33,331 nt of DNA from an uncultured bacterium (lineage in GTDB: Bacteria; Schekmanbacteria; GWA2-38-11; J061), in NCBI GenBank assembly GCA_964549305.1, contig CAZJVM010000029.1:1-33331 (forward strand), written 5' to 3'. Every line of letters starts with the position of its first letter. Position 1 is the stretch's first letter. The position numbers and the translations under genes were made by a program. Shown piece by piece: positions 1 through 8,982 of the stretch. The notes below the pieces were generated by a model. The model did not search any database. It saw nothing but the letters and a program-made list of their open reading frames with translations, and had not been told where the DNA came from.

Positions 1-515
1 ACCATTACGGTTACACTTGTTATTGAACCGATACCGTTCATAACACCGGTAAATCCTGTCATCTTGCCGCGTGATTCATTCTGCGGATAATCTGCCAGCA
101 CTGTTGCAAGCATTGAAGCGATTGCCGATGCACCTACTGCCCAAAGCATACGGCAAAGAACGTATTCGGGAACCGAATCAATCAGAGATATCATAAAGAG
201 ACCGCTTCCGGCGATAAAAAACCCAAGAGAATAAATAACGCTTCGTCCAATGCGGTCAGAAATGGTGCCGGAGATAAGAGTAAATATCATTAAGGTGATT
301 TCGGAAAAGACCAGTATCATACCGGTATATTTTCCAAGGTCATCCTGAGGCACGCCGAGAAAGTTTGTCAATATGAATGGCTGAAAAGCGTTTGCAAAAG
401 CAAGAATGAGTGTGGAAAACGCCGCAACATAAAACCAGGTGAAAAAGTTAACCCGTGTTACACCGGGTGAAAGACTGATTCCCAGTACTTTTACGCAACT
501 ATTGTCTTTTTCCAT
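1..515 (-). CDS. MFS transporter (5' part; runs off the left edge of the window)
   Basis: Not in the ORF track. Manual translation from the ATG at 515 (AAGGAG RBS just upstream) gives MEKDNSCVKVLGISLSPGVTRVNFFTWFYVAAFSTLILAFANAFQPF...; multiple hydrophobic helices, MFS motif A-like GTISDRIGRS, and a second loop ADYPQNESRGKMTG. Open to position 1. Confidence 0.85.
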   Translation of the reverse strand, partial: MEKDNSCVKVLGISLSPGVTRVNFFTWFYVAAFSTLILAFANAFQPFILTNFLGVPQDDLGKYTGMILVFSEITLMIFTLISGTISDRIGRSVIYSLGFFIAGSGLFMISLIDSVPEYVLCRMLWAVGASAIASMLATVLADYPQNESRGKMTGFTGVMNGIGSITSVTVM

Positions 516-598
516 TATCTCCTTTCAATGGTGTCCGGTCATCTATTTAATCCGAACTTTGTGCTTTGTATGGAAGAAAGCAGTTCTTGAAATACCTT

Positions 599-2563
599 TC
601 AGGATTGCGCCGTCAATTTGCCGATCGGCGGACATTCGTCATCTGAAATTTTTCCGCTTTTGGCTAAGTCTTCGGCAACATCGGAGAGACCGATTTCCTC
701 AAGGCGCTTTCGTGTGGGCAGTCCTTCGTTGGAGCAACCTCTGTAACGGTAATATTCATCAAGCATTCCCGGATGATTGATTGGGTCTTCCTCTCCCCGC
801 TTTGTTCCTTTTCTGCTGTCATCTTTTCTGGTAATTCCAAGCAGAGCATTAAAGCACCTTTCAACCTGATATGCCCTTTCCGCTGATTCGAAAAGATTCT
901 CAGGACTCCTGCCTGTTGCCGCTTCATATATTTCACCCATCTCTTCAAATAGCATAATGGGTTCGCCGAATACATCAACGCCTACAACGGGAATAAAACA
1001 AAGTCCCAGTGAATCCATGAGCATCTTATAGTTTTCCTGCCACCAGACAACACGCCCTTTGGCAACGGGGTTTCCCTGCTCGGTAATTTCAGGAGGCATA
1101 TCTTTCCCGAATATTCTTTCAAGATAATCATTGAGAGGAATCATAGCAGGGAAGGGGTGTCCCTTAAGGTGGTCTGCACCCCGCGTTGCAACCGATGATG
1201 CAAGGGAAAGTGCGATGCCTTCCGTGCAGTTGTAACTGAATGACATACCCTTCGTGTTTAATCCGTAGGGTTCGGCATCGGGACTCAATCTTGATACCAT
1301 TGTGGGTATGCTTTCTGCGAGAAGGTCACCGAAACCTTCTCTCTTGGCAACTTTCATTATGATGTCTGAAATCACAGGAATATCACCCCATTTGAGTTCT
1401 ATGCCTCCTGTGTCTTCATTGCCTATGATATTCCTCTGATAGCACTCCATCGCCATTGCAAGATTCCATCCGAATTGCACACAGTCCATTCCCATACGGT
1501 TTACCAAATCAGAGATATGTATGAGTGCGGGAAAGTCAAAGATGCCAAGGAGAGGTCCCATATTTGTATAATGTCCGAATTCCATTTTGTGCGATTTATC
1601 TCCCCGGTAAGGTCCTTCGTTTACTTCCCATTTCATTGTGCAGGCGATAGAACAACGGTAGCAGGCACTTTGTCCCTTCTTGTAGTTTTGCACCATATCA
1701 GTAATGTCATAATGCGACTGTTGTTCAGGTGTGATTTTTGTCTGCTGGTTGTTTATCCGTGTCTGAGCGCCGGTCTGCGCTATAAGAATCATTGAGCCAT
1801 ATTCTTTGTGCATTGCATTGGAAGGTCCTTTTCCCCAGATTTCGCCGTATCGTTTTGCAAGTTCTCCAAACTCCTCTTTATTGGCAACAGGCACTGTTTC
1901 GCCTTTCCCTTTGACAATAACTGCTTTAAGATTTTTTGAACCCATTACACATCCCATTCCTGCTCTGCCGTTAAAACCCACTCTTTTTGAACTGTTGCTT
2001 ATATTCGCATATCTGACCAGATTTTCTCCTGCGGGTCCGATACGCGCTGATTCGCAATTCCCGTATTTTTCCTGTATTTTTTCATCGGTCTCATAGGTGT
2101 CAAGTCCCCATAGATCTGATGCATCAACAATTTCAGGTTGCTTTCCTTTCTCGATTAGAAGCGCTGCGGGTTTGTCAGATTTTCCCGTTATTACTATGTG
2201 GTCGTAACCTGCCTGCTTTACCATTGCAGGAAACCACCCTCCGCCATTTGAGTCTCCGAAGATTCCCGTTAAAGGGCTTTTTGCAGTAACGGTAAATCGA
2301 GAAGCACAGGGAAATGATGTGCCTACTGTTACTCCGAATCCGAAGATAAGTGGATTTTCAGGCGAAAGAGCGTCTGCCTGCGGATTGTCACGCATCAGAT
2401 TATACAATAATTTTGCATTGATTCCGGCACCTCCTATGAATCCGGTGATTAGGTCGTCCGGTAATTCTTCATCCCTTATTTTTGAATTCGTGAGGTCAAC
2501 ATAGAGTATTTTTCCCTGCATTCCGTAATAGTCGCGGGATTTTTCTGAAGACGTTTTTTCCAT
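599..2563 (-). CDS. Aldehyde:ferredoxin oxidoreductase family (W/Mo-bis-pterin) enzyme
   Basis: AOR family motifs: GKILYVDLT, KSPLTG..GDSNGGG, IGPAGENLVRYA, GRAGMGCVMGSKNLKAV, CxxCxxxC (CYRCSIAC), RGADHL, DSLGLC, YYRYRG..NEGLPT. RBS AGGAG upstream. Confidence 0.93.
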   Translation of the reverse strand: MEKTSSEKSRDYYGMQGKILYVDLTNSKIRDEELPDDLITGFIGGAGINAKLLYNLMRDNPQADALSPENPLIFGFGVTVGTSFPCASRFTVTAKSPLTGIFGDSNGGGWFPAMVKQAGYDHIVITGKSDKPAALLIEKGKQPEIVDASDLWGLDTYETDEKIQEKYGNCESARIGPAGENLVRYANISNSSKRVGFNGRAGMGCVMGSKNLKAVIVKGKGETVPVANKEEFGELAKRYGEIWGKGPSNAMHKEYGSMILIAQTGAQTRINNQQTKITPEQQSHYDITDMVQNYKKGQSACYRCSIACTMKWEVNEGPYRGDKSHKMEFGHYTNMGPLLGIFDFPALIHISDLVNRMGMDCVQFGWNLAMAMECYQRNIIGNEDTGGIELKWGDIPVISDIIMKVAKREGFGDLLAESIPTMVSRLSPDAEPYGLNTKGMSFSYNCTEGIALSLASSVATRGADHLKGHPFPAMIPLNDYLERIFGKDMPPEITEQGNPVAKGRVVWWQENYKMLMDSLGLCFIPVVGVDVFGEPIMLFEEMGEIYEAATGRSPENLFESAERAYQVERCFNALLGITRKDDSRKGTKRGEEDPINHPGMLDEYYRYRGCSNEGLPTRKRLEEIGLSDVAEDLAKSGKISDDECPPIGKLTAQS

Positions 2564-2616
2564 ATCAATACTCTCCTATTTTTTAAAGTGTGCCGGTTAA
2601 TCGGATAGAAAAATTA

Positions 2617-3159
2617 TTATGCCTGCCAATGGGCATTTTTTATTCCCTTCACATTATGGTGATAAACCATTTTCGTGGGTGTTATCTTTATCATTCGCAA
2701 AAGTCCCTTCGGCATTTCAAAAGACGTTTTTGCCGAGGTGCGAATATCCTTTATAATCTTTCCGAAAAGCTTCATCCCGTGGGCAAACTCTTCGGTTTCC
2801 TCGGTAAAAACTTTGGCTATGCCCCAGATATTTACGCCTCTTACTGACAGGGTTGTTTTAGCAGATGTCCCGATTCCGATTGCCACTTTATTGTTCTCTC
2901 TGATGTTTTTAAATTTTTCTCCTCCTTCACTCACAATATAAATGATAAGACCATCACTCATATAATCCACTACCGAGATACGGGGGACTCCGTCTTTACC
3001 GCAAGTGGCAAGTGAACAGGGATGTTTCTTTTCAAGATAATCAATAATCTCTTTTTCAAGTTCTTCTTTGGAGAGATGTTTTCTTTCTATTTTCATTATT
3101 TCATAATACTTATCAACCATTTCTTCTCTTTCTTTTTCAGTCAATTCGTGCACTTTCAT
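2617..3159 (-). CDS. Pyridoxamine 5'-phosphate oxidase-like (split-barrel flavin-binding) protein
   Basis: CSLATCGKDGVPRISVV...K..NIRENNKVAI is the PNPOx-like signature. Strong RBS AAAGGAG before the ATG. Confidence 0.8.
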   Translation of the reverse strand: MKVHELTEKEREEMVDKYYEIMKIERKHLSKEELEKEIIDYLEKKHPCSLATCGKDGVPRISVVDYMSDGLIIYIVSEGGEKFKNIRENNKVAIGIGTSAKTTLSVRGVNIWGIAKVFTEETEEFAHGMKLFGKIIKDIRTSAKTSFEMPKGLLRMIKITPTKMVYHHNVKGIKNAHWQA

Positions 3160-3354
3160 ATTGTCTCCTTTCTGCTGAAATTAATCTTGATTTTAAAATT
3201 AGTTGAACAAACTTAAAGGGAAGAAGCAACTGGAATAAGTAAATGAAAAATCTTTGCTTTTGGTTATTTATTAAGCCAATATATGAATATCAGGACAGCT
3301 TCCCGGTGAAGGAGGGAATAATATTCTGCGCGGGTTTAAAATGCCTGCAAGGTG

Positions 3355-4782
3355 TCAGTATACGCCAAGGTCGAGATAGGAGCGCGCAATCTTGTTTATT
3401 GCTATGACGAATGAGGCAGTCCTGTAATCGGAAATTTTCTTGTTTCTGTTCCTGACTTCTTTTATTTGCTGAAATGCGAGGCGCATCGTGTCATCGAGAC
3501 CTGAGCGAACAAGGTCGATTTCTTCGGCGCCGTGAATGAGTATTTTTTTTGTCTTGTTGTCCATTTTTTTGCCGGTGTGTTTCTCGAGGACTTCCGCGTA
3601 CTGCGAGCTTCTCAATTCTTCATATCTTCTCTCCAGACGTCCGAATCGGACATGCGAAAGATTTCTCAGCCATTCAAAATAGGAGACTGTTACACCTCCG
3701 GCATTCACATAGGCATCGGGAAGAAGAACTATTCCTTTTTTGCGCAGAATCAAATCTGCCTCGTGTGTTGTTGGTCCGTTTGCCGCCTCGACAATCAGTT
3801 TTGCCTTAATTCTTGGCGCGTTGTCTTTTCTGATTTGGTTCTGCATTGCCGCGGGAATCAGAATGTCGCATTTCATTTCAAGGGCTTTCGCTCCGTTTTT
3901 ATCAAATTTCGCACCTTTATAGCCTATAATGGTTTTCTTTTTGATTATATGCCTGTAAACTGATTCTACATTGATTCCCTTGTCGTCCAGAAGCACTCCG
4001 TCTTTTTCTATTATGGCGATTACTCTCACTCCGTCTTCTTCGGATAGAAATTTTGCCGCGTGATATCCAACGTTGCCCAGTCCCTGTATGACCATTTTTT
4101 TGCCTTCGAGTCCCGCAGTCAGATTTGCGGACTTTACATCCTCTTTATGCCTGAAGAATTCTCTTACCGCGTACTGCACTCCTCTGCCTGTCGCTTCTAC
4201 TCTCCCGCGTATTCCTCCGTGCTGTATCGGTTTTCCCGTTACCGCGGCAAGATAATTGATGTCTTCGGGGAAAAGATGTTTGTATGTGTCGGCTATCCAC
4301 GCCATTTCCCGCTGACCTGTGCCCATATCGGGTGCCGGAACGTTTTTCGCCGGGCTCAGGAAACCCTTTCTCGCAAGCTCCATTGCAAAACGCCTTGTAA
4401 TGTGCTGAAGGTCTTCTCTGCTGTAGTTTGCCGGATTGATTATCAATCCTCCTTTCGAACCGCCGAAAGGCACATCCACAATGGCGCACTTGTATGTCAT
4501 CAGTGCGGCAAGGGCTTCAACCTCATCCTGGTCAACCTCGGGGGCGTAGCGAATGCCTCCTTTTACAGGGAGTCTGTGAGTGCTGTGGACTGCGCGCCAA
4601 CCGGTGAAAATCTCTATCTTTCCCTTAATCTTAACGGGGAATCTTACCTGAATGATTGAGCTGCACGCCTTAATGGCTTTTTTGATACCTTCATCGAGTT
4701 TAATGGCGGAAAAAGCTTCTTCCACCATCAGATTGACATTATCAAGAAAAGAGGGATGTGATTGGCTTTTTTTAGGAGGCAT
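3355..4782 (-). CDS. gdhA: Glutamate dehydrogenase (Glu/Leu/Phe/Val dehydrogenase family)
   Basis: KGGIRY, MTYKCAIVDVPFGGSKGG, VPAPDMGT, EATGRGV, QGLGNVG (Rossmann), EAANGPTT, NAGGVTVSYFEW. Confidence 0.95.
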   Translation of the reverse strand: MPPKKSQSHPSFLDNVNLMVEEAFSAIKLDEGIKKAIKACSSIIQVRFPVKIKGKIEIFTGWRAVHSTHRLPVKGGIRYAPEVDQDEVEALAALMTYKCAIVDVPFGGSKGGLIINPANYSREDLQHITRRFAMELARKGFLSPAKNVPAPDMGTGQREMAWIADTYKHLFPEDINYLAAVTGKPIQHGGIRGRVEATGRGVQYAVREFFRHKEDVKSANLTAGLEGKKMVIQGLGNVGYHAAKFLSEEDGVRVIAIIEKDGVLLDDKGINVESVYRHIIKKKTIIGYKGAKFDKNGAKALEMKCDILIPAAMQNQIRKDNAPRIKAKLIVEAANGPTTHEADLILRKKGIVLLPDAYVNAGGVTVSYFEWLRNLSHVRFGRLERRYEELRSSQYAEVLEKHTGKKMDNKTKKILIHGAEEIDLVRSGLDDTMRLAFQQIKEVRNRNKKISDYRTASFVIAINKIARSYLDLGVY

Positions 4783-4820
4783 TATGTTTCTCCTGATTTG
4801 AATTGTTAATGTTAGATTTA

Positions 4821-4850
4821 ATTATCTTACAGCTCTGAGCTTCCTGTCAA
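4821..4850 (-). promoter_or_regulatory. Putative sigma70 promoter for gdhA
   Basis: TTGACA (4850-4845), 18-nt spacer, GATAAT (4826-4821) on the minus strand upstream of gdhA. Confidence 0.45.
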
Positions 4851-4879
4851 CTAAACAAAAAAGAGGGGAGGGGGGGTAG

Positions 4880-5464
4880 TTATTTATCTGCGAGCAATCT
4901 GTCGAGTATTATTGCCGAAGCGCATCTTACGGAGAGGTGATTGTATCCGTTTTTTCCGTAAATGGGTTCGAGGATTATATCTGAGCGTTCGAGTATCTCC
5001 TCTGCGATGCCCCAACCTGTACCGAAAAGAAGAAGGACAGGTTTGTCGGTTTCAGCTATTCTCTCTCTCAGCGCGCCAAATGAGATGCTTCCTTCTATAT
5101 TTCTTGCGGCAGTTGAAACAATAAGAGGTTTCCGGTTTTCCTCTTCTTCTATATTGTTTACTGCATCATCGAATGTAGTCACCACCTTTACAATGTTGAG
5201 CGCTTGTGTCCTTGTGGGATTTCTTTTTGCCCCTTTTCCCTTTGTCCAATGTTCCACAATCCTTTCAAGCAATTTGTTCTGCTGCTCAAAGGGCGTAATC
5301 ATAAAGAATCTCTTTATCCCGAATGTGGCGGAAGACCTGGACAAGTCGTGTATGTCGAGGTTGGTAATGGATGTGCCGATAATAATCCCTTCCTTGTTGA
5401 GCACGGGGTAATGAAGAAGTGCGATATAAATTCCCGATTTATTACTTTTTGTCTCTTCTTTCAT
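4880..5464 (-). CDS. SPOUT-class RNA methyltransferase (TrmD-associated, DUF2168-like)
   Basis: YIALLHYPVLNKEG..IGTSITNLDIHDLSR and LLLFGTGWG...LEPI.G...YNHLSVR motifs. Overlaps the 3' end of trmD, the usual position for this family. Confidence 0.88.
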   Translation of the reverse strand: MKEETKSNKSGIYIALLHYPVLNKEGIIIGTSITNLDIHDLSRSSATFGIKRFFMITPFEQQNKLLERIVEHWTKGKGAKRNPTRTQALNIVKVVTTFDDAVNNIEEEENRKPLIVSTAARNIEGSISFGALRERIAETDKPVLLLFGTGWGIAEEILERSDIILEPIYGKNGYNHLSVRCASAIILDRLLADK

Positions 5465-6188
5465 TTTTTTTAATTTTTCCGAGGATGGTTTTTTCTTCGT
5501 TGCTCAGAGATGATTCCCGGATAAGTTCCGGTCTTTTTCTCAGAGTGTTTATAAGTGATTCTTCGATTTTCCATTTTCTGATTTCTTCGTGATTGCCCGA
5601 AAGAAGCACTGATGGGACTTTCATATTTCTGAATTCAGCGGGCCTTGTATAAACGGGAGATGAAAGCAATTCCGTGAAAAAAGAATCCGATTCCGCTGAT
5701 TCCATATTTCCAAGCACTCCCGGTATCATTCTCATAATTGAATCTGTGACAATCATTGCGGGCAATTCCCCGCCGGACACAACGTAATTTCCGATTGATA
5801 TTTCCAAATCCACAAGAGACTTTCGCACTCTTTCATCAACCCCCTTGTATCTTCCGCAGAGAAGTATTATCTCTTCTTCACCGGCCAGTTTTTTAGCTGT
5901 TTCCTGATTATATAAGTCTCCGTCGGGAGTGAGAAAAATAAGCTTTGCTTTGTCGTTTTTTTTCTTTATTTCCCCGACGCATCTAAATATGGGTTCCGGT
6001 TTCATTACCATACCCGCTTCGCCTCCGAAGGGGTAGTCGTCAACAACTCTGTGCCTGCCCTCGGCGTAATTCCTGAGGTCTATGATGTTTATCTCAACAA
6101 TCTTATTGTCAATCGCCTTTTTTAAAATACTCTGGCTGAAGTATGCTTCGAAAGACTGCGGGAAAATGGTTATTATATGGATAATCAT
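5442..6188 (-). CDS. trmD: tRNA (guanine-N1)-methyltransferase TrmD
   Basis: IITIFP, VDDYPFGG.AGMVMKPEP, LCGRYKGVDERV, SIGNYVVSGGELPAM, YTRP. Start moved to the ATG at 6188 (MIIHIITIFP), directly after the rimM stop. Confidence 0.96.
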   Translation of the reverse strand: MIIHIITIFPQSFEAYFSQSILKKAIDNKIVEINIIDLRNYAEGRHRVVDDYPFGGEAGMVMKPEPIFRCVGEIKKKNDKAKLIFLTPDGDLYNQETAKKLAGEEEIILLCGRYKGVDERVRKSLVDLEISIGNYVVSGGELPAMIVTDSIMRMIPGVLGNMESAESDSFFTELLSSPVYTRPAEFRNMKVPSVLLSGNHEEIRKWKIEESLINTLRKRPELIRESSLSNEEKTILGKIKKNERRDKK

Positions 6189-6189
6189 G

Positions 6190-6702
6190 TCAGATGTATT
6201 CCGGTAAAATAACAAATATCTTTTTTTCTTTTATGTCTATTCTTTCAATAAAATCCTCCGTTGCGGGCAGAAGAATTTCGTCTTTCCCGGAGTTTATCAC
6301 AAAAACGTCATTGCTTCCCGTCTTCAGTATGCTTCTGATTTTTCCGAGGGAGTTGCCTTTTTCGTCATAAACATCGCAAAGGTATATATCGTGTTCGAAA
6401 AAATGGTCTTCGGGAAGAGCGATTGCTTCAGATTCATCTATGGTTATTACCGCGCCTTCGTATTCCCACGCGTCTGCGGGAGTATCGATATCGCGGAATT
6501 TTACGATGACTATGTTTTTATGAAACCTTACCGCTTTTATCCGGAGTTTTGAAATTTTGCCGTCTTTGTTTTCAAGATAAACGGCGGAGAGTTCTTCAAA
6601 TCGCTTCGGTTCGAATGTCAGTGGTATGACAGTTACTTCTCCTGAGTTTCCTCTCGGTTTTTTTACTTTCCCGATTGTTATCCTTGACTTATCGCCTGTC
6701 AT
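6190..6702 (-). CDS. rimM: 16S rRNA processing protein RimM
   Basis: ITIGKVKKPRG.SGEV, LPEDHFFEHDI, TGSNDVFVI, EILLPA. Conserved context between khpA and trmD. Confidence 0.93.
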   Translation of the reverse strand: MTGDKSRITIGKVKKPRGNSGEVTVIPLTFEPKRFEELSAVYLENKDGKISKLRIKAVRFHKNIVIVKFRDIDTPADAWEYEGAVITIDESEAIALPEDHFFEHDIYLCDVYDEKGNSLGKIRSILKTGSNDVFVINSGKDEILLPATEDFIERIDIKEKKIFVILPEYI

Positions 6703-6929
6703 TCAACAAGTTCCAGAGATACTTTCCTGTTATTTGCTCCCGCGGAGGTTTTTAGGATGTGCCGAATGGCTTTTATGGTTTTCCCTTTCCTCCCTATTAT
6801 CCTGCCTCTGTCTTTTTCATTAACTCTGAGTTCGAAGAGAATACTCCCCTCAGCTTCTTTTTCAGTTACTTCAACGTTTTCGGGGTATTTTGCAACAGAT
6901 TTTGTAAGAAATGAAACTAATTCTTTCAT
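6699..6929 (-). CDS. khpA: KH-domain RNA-binding protein KhpA
   Basis: 76 aa, D.GRIIGRKGKTIKAIR KH motif, between rpsP and rimM. Confidence 0.92.
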   Translation of the reverse strand: MKELVSFLTKSVAKYPENVEVTEKEAEGSILFELRVNEKDRGRIIGRKGKTIKAIRHILKTSAGANNRKVSLELVE

Positions 6930-6995
6930 ATGGATATTTCCAACGATTTATGAGGTTAATCCGTGCAGAGAGAACAATAGCGTGAAAGCCGTATT

Positions 6996-7268
6996 TTAAA
7001 TATCTGTTGCCGGCGCCAGTTCTTTGTTGAAAAAATTTGCCTTCTTTAAGATTGATTTGACTGTATCAGAAGGTTTTGCTCCCTTGTTAAGCCATTCGCT
7101 GATACGGTCTTCTTTGAGAACACACTGATTGTCTTCTTTTTGAGGGGTATAATAACCTAATGTTTCTATAAATCTTCCGTCACGGGGTTTTCTTGAATCT
7201 GCCACCACTATTCTGTAATGTGGTTTCTTTTTTGACCCGCCGCGTGCAAGCCTAATAACAACTGACAT
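6996..7268 (-). CDS. rpsP: 30S ribosomal protein S16
   Basis: [38 protein letters not shown]...[12 protein letters not shown]. Confidence 0.98.
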   Translation of the reverse strand: MSVVIRLARGGSKKKPHYRIVVADSRKPRDGRFIETLGYYTPQKEDNQCVLKEDRISEWLNKGAKPSDTVKSILKKANFFNKELAPATDI

Positions 7269-7336
7269 ATTAGTGTTTCTCCTTTTATTTTGTCAAAAAC
7301 CTGACTTTGCCTTCAATTATAATTATCAGGAGGCAA

Positions 7337-7366
7337 CTTATAATAAAATTTTCACTCTTTTGTCAA
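7337..7366 (-). promoter_or_regulatory. Putative sigma70 promoter of the rpsP operon
   Basis: TTGACA (7366-7361), 18-nt spacer, TATAAG on the minus strand, about 70 nt upstream of rpsP. Confidence 0.5.
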
Positions 7367-7508
7367 GAGACAAGAGAAAAATGTTTAAAAAATATTTAAA
7401 ATTCAATTATTTTTACAACCGAATCCCGGTCATCTTCGGGATATTTTATGAGGGTTTTTCTATATTGCGCGGCTATGAAATATTTGATTTTTAAAGGAAG
7501 ATATAGTC

Positions 7509-7537
7509 TTGACAAAAAAAAAGCCATTTGTTAAGAA
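7509..7537 (+). promoter_or_regulatory. Putative sigma70 promoter of the atp operon
   Basis: TTGACA 7509-7514, 17-nt spacer ending in TGn, weak -10 TAAGAA. Divergent from the rpsP promoter. Confidence 0.4.
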
Positions 7538-7658
7538 GGGGCGCTTTTTTGTTGATTTTAAAGATAAAATGCAGCCCTAAAGACGCATATCGCGTTTGAT
7601 GAAAAATACGAGTATTCATTGCAACGGGTTGTTTTATTTACACAAAATATTTTAAATT

Positions 7659-7958
7659 ATGGTTGAAACAGGATTCTTCATTCTGGGAATTATAATCGGC
7701 TTTGTTAATTTAGCTCTTCTCGTGGATAACACGGGGAAAATGTTAAATGTCGATAAGCGGAATTCGTTCAAGTTCCCCATGATAGTCAGTTATCTGCTGA
7801 GGTTTTTATTTGCAGGGTTGTTTCTTTACAGTGCTGTCAGTTGTTCTGATATTTCTCTGATTGCAGGTTTGGCCGGATATCTCATTCCGGTTCTCATAAC
7901 CTTGGTATATCCGTTAAAGGTCGTTGCTAATATAAAAAAATCTTTCGCTAAAGGTTAA
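7659..7958 (+). CDS. atpI: ATP synthase protein I-like small membrane protein
   Basis: 99 aa, about 3 hydrophobic helices with G...GFVN..LL and YLLRFL patterns typical of AtpI. First gene of the atp cluster. Confidence 0.6.
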   Translation: MVETGFFILGIIIGFVNLALLVDNTGKMLNVDKRNSFKFPMIVSYLLRFLFAGLFLYSAVSCSDISLIAGLAGYLIPVLITLVYPLKVVANIKKSFAKG

Positions 7959-7963
7959 ATAGA

Positions 7964-8389
7964 ATGCTTGATATTAATTTTACTCTTGTCATTTTAGCCG
8001 TCAATTTTCTTGTCCTGATGTTTATTCTCAACAAAAACCTTTTCATTCCCATTACAAAAATTCTTGATGAGAGAGAAGGGAAGGTGAATTCCCGTCTCGA
8101 TAACGCAAAAAAATATTCCGAACAAAGCGAAACCAAGGAAAATCAGTATGTTGAATCGTTGTCGGGAGAAAAGAAAAAATCGGTAATCGAGCAAGCGGAA
8201 AGCAGAAAAGTAGTATTGGACGAGGGTATGGAATTGGTGAAGAAAGCTCAGGAAGAGGCAAATGTGAAGCTGGGAGAAGTAAAAAAGACTCTTCTCGACG
8301 AAAAGAAAAAAGCATCGGAAACTCTTTCCGAGCAGACAGAAGTTATCGCAAAAGAACTTGCAGAAAAAATTATAAACGCGCGGGTTTAA
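7964..8389 (+). CDS. ATP synthase F0 subunit b' (b-like)
   Basis: N-terminal TM helix NFLVLMFILNKNLFIPI..ILDERE followed by a charged coiled coil. First of two b-type genes. Confidence 0.88.
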   Translation: MLDINFTLVILAVNFLVLMFILNKNLFIPITKILDEREGKVNSRLDNAKKYSEQSETKENQYVESLSGEKKKSVIEQAESRKVVLDEGMELVKKAQEEANVKLGEVKKTLLDEKKKASETLSEQTEVIAKELAEKIINARV

Positions 8390-8391
8390 AA

Positions 8392-8982
8392 ATGACTGAT
8401 TTTTTTGGAAAAAAAGTTTTTGTTTCTTTGTTGGTCGTGATGCTGGTTTTTTCATTTTCAGCTCTTGTTTTTGCCTCTGAATCAGGCGAAGGAGGAGGAC
8501 ATTTTGACCTTGCAAAGGAAATTTATAAATGGATTAATTTTTTGATTCTTGCAGGCGCGCTTTTTTTCGTTCTGAAAAAAATAATTCCCGAATTTTTTTC
8601 ATCGAGAGTTGAAAATATAAAAAAGACTCTTGACGAAAGTCAGGAGGCGGAAAAGAAGGCATCGGTAAAATTAAAAGCGGCGGAAGAGAAGATAAGCAAT
8701 CTAAGCAAAGAGATTGAGACTATAAAAGCCAATACAAAAGCGAGTATGGAAAAGGAAAAAGTCCGTATTATTTCCGAAGCAAAGGAAAAAGTTTCGAGGA
8801 TTGCGGAACAAAACGAACAGAATATTAGGCAAGAATATGAGCTTGCCGTAAATGCTCTTAAAAAAGAGATGATAATCAAGGCAACCATTCTTGCTGAAGA
8901 TATAGTAAAAGGCAGGATAACGGGCGACGAGAGAAAGAAACTTTTTAATAAATACCTGGATAATCTTGGAGACATAAAGTGA
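8392..8982 (+). CDS. atpF: ATP synthase F0 subunit b
   Basis: Signal-like N-terminal extension (ALVFASESGEGGGH), WINFLIL TM helix, F.SR...IK..L, coiled coil. Precedes delta. Confidence 0.9.
   Translation: MTDFFGKKVFVSLLVVMLVFSFSALVFASESGEGGGHFDLAKEIYKWINFLILAGALFFVLKKIIPEFFSSRVENIKKTLDESQEAEKKASVKLKAAEEKISNLSKEIETIKANTKASMEKEKVRIISEAKEKVSRIAEQNEQNIRQEYELAVNALKKEMIIKATILAEDIVKGRITGDERKKLFNKYLDNLGDIK

Noticed and set aside
439-780. 113-aa plus-strand ORF and the many other antisense/overlapping ORFs in the track (e.g. 4060-4659, 7994-8515, 9059-9595, 27094-27750)
   Set aside because: They overlap well-supported genes on the opposite strand or in another frame and show no recognisable motifs, so they are shadow ORFs.
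3160-3354. Possible Moco/Tuco riboswitch upstream of the PNPOx-AOR-MFS unit
   Set aside because: I could not find the conserved stems or motifs, only a weak imperfect palindrome TTGGTTATTTTATTAAGCCAA. An Infernal/Rfam scan would be needed.
4861-4879. G-rich tract GAGGGGAGGGGGGG after the SPOUT gene
   Set aside because: There is no complementary arm for a terminator, and it is too short to support a G-quadruplex or phase-variation claim.
6189-6215. Longer trmD start given in the ORF track (6215)
   Set aside because: It overlaps rimM by 26 nt with a non-ATG start. The ATG at 6188 gives the canonical TrmD N-terminus.
7273-7494. 73-aa ORF in the rpsP/atp intergenic region
   Set aside because: AT-rich, no RBS or motif, and it overlaps divergent promoter elements.
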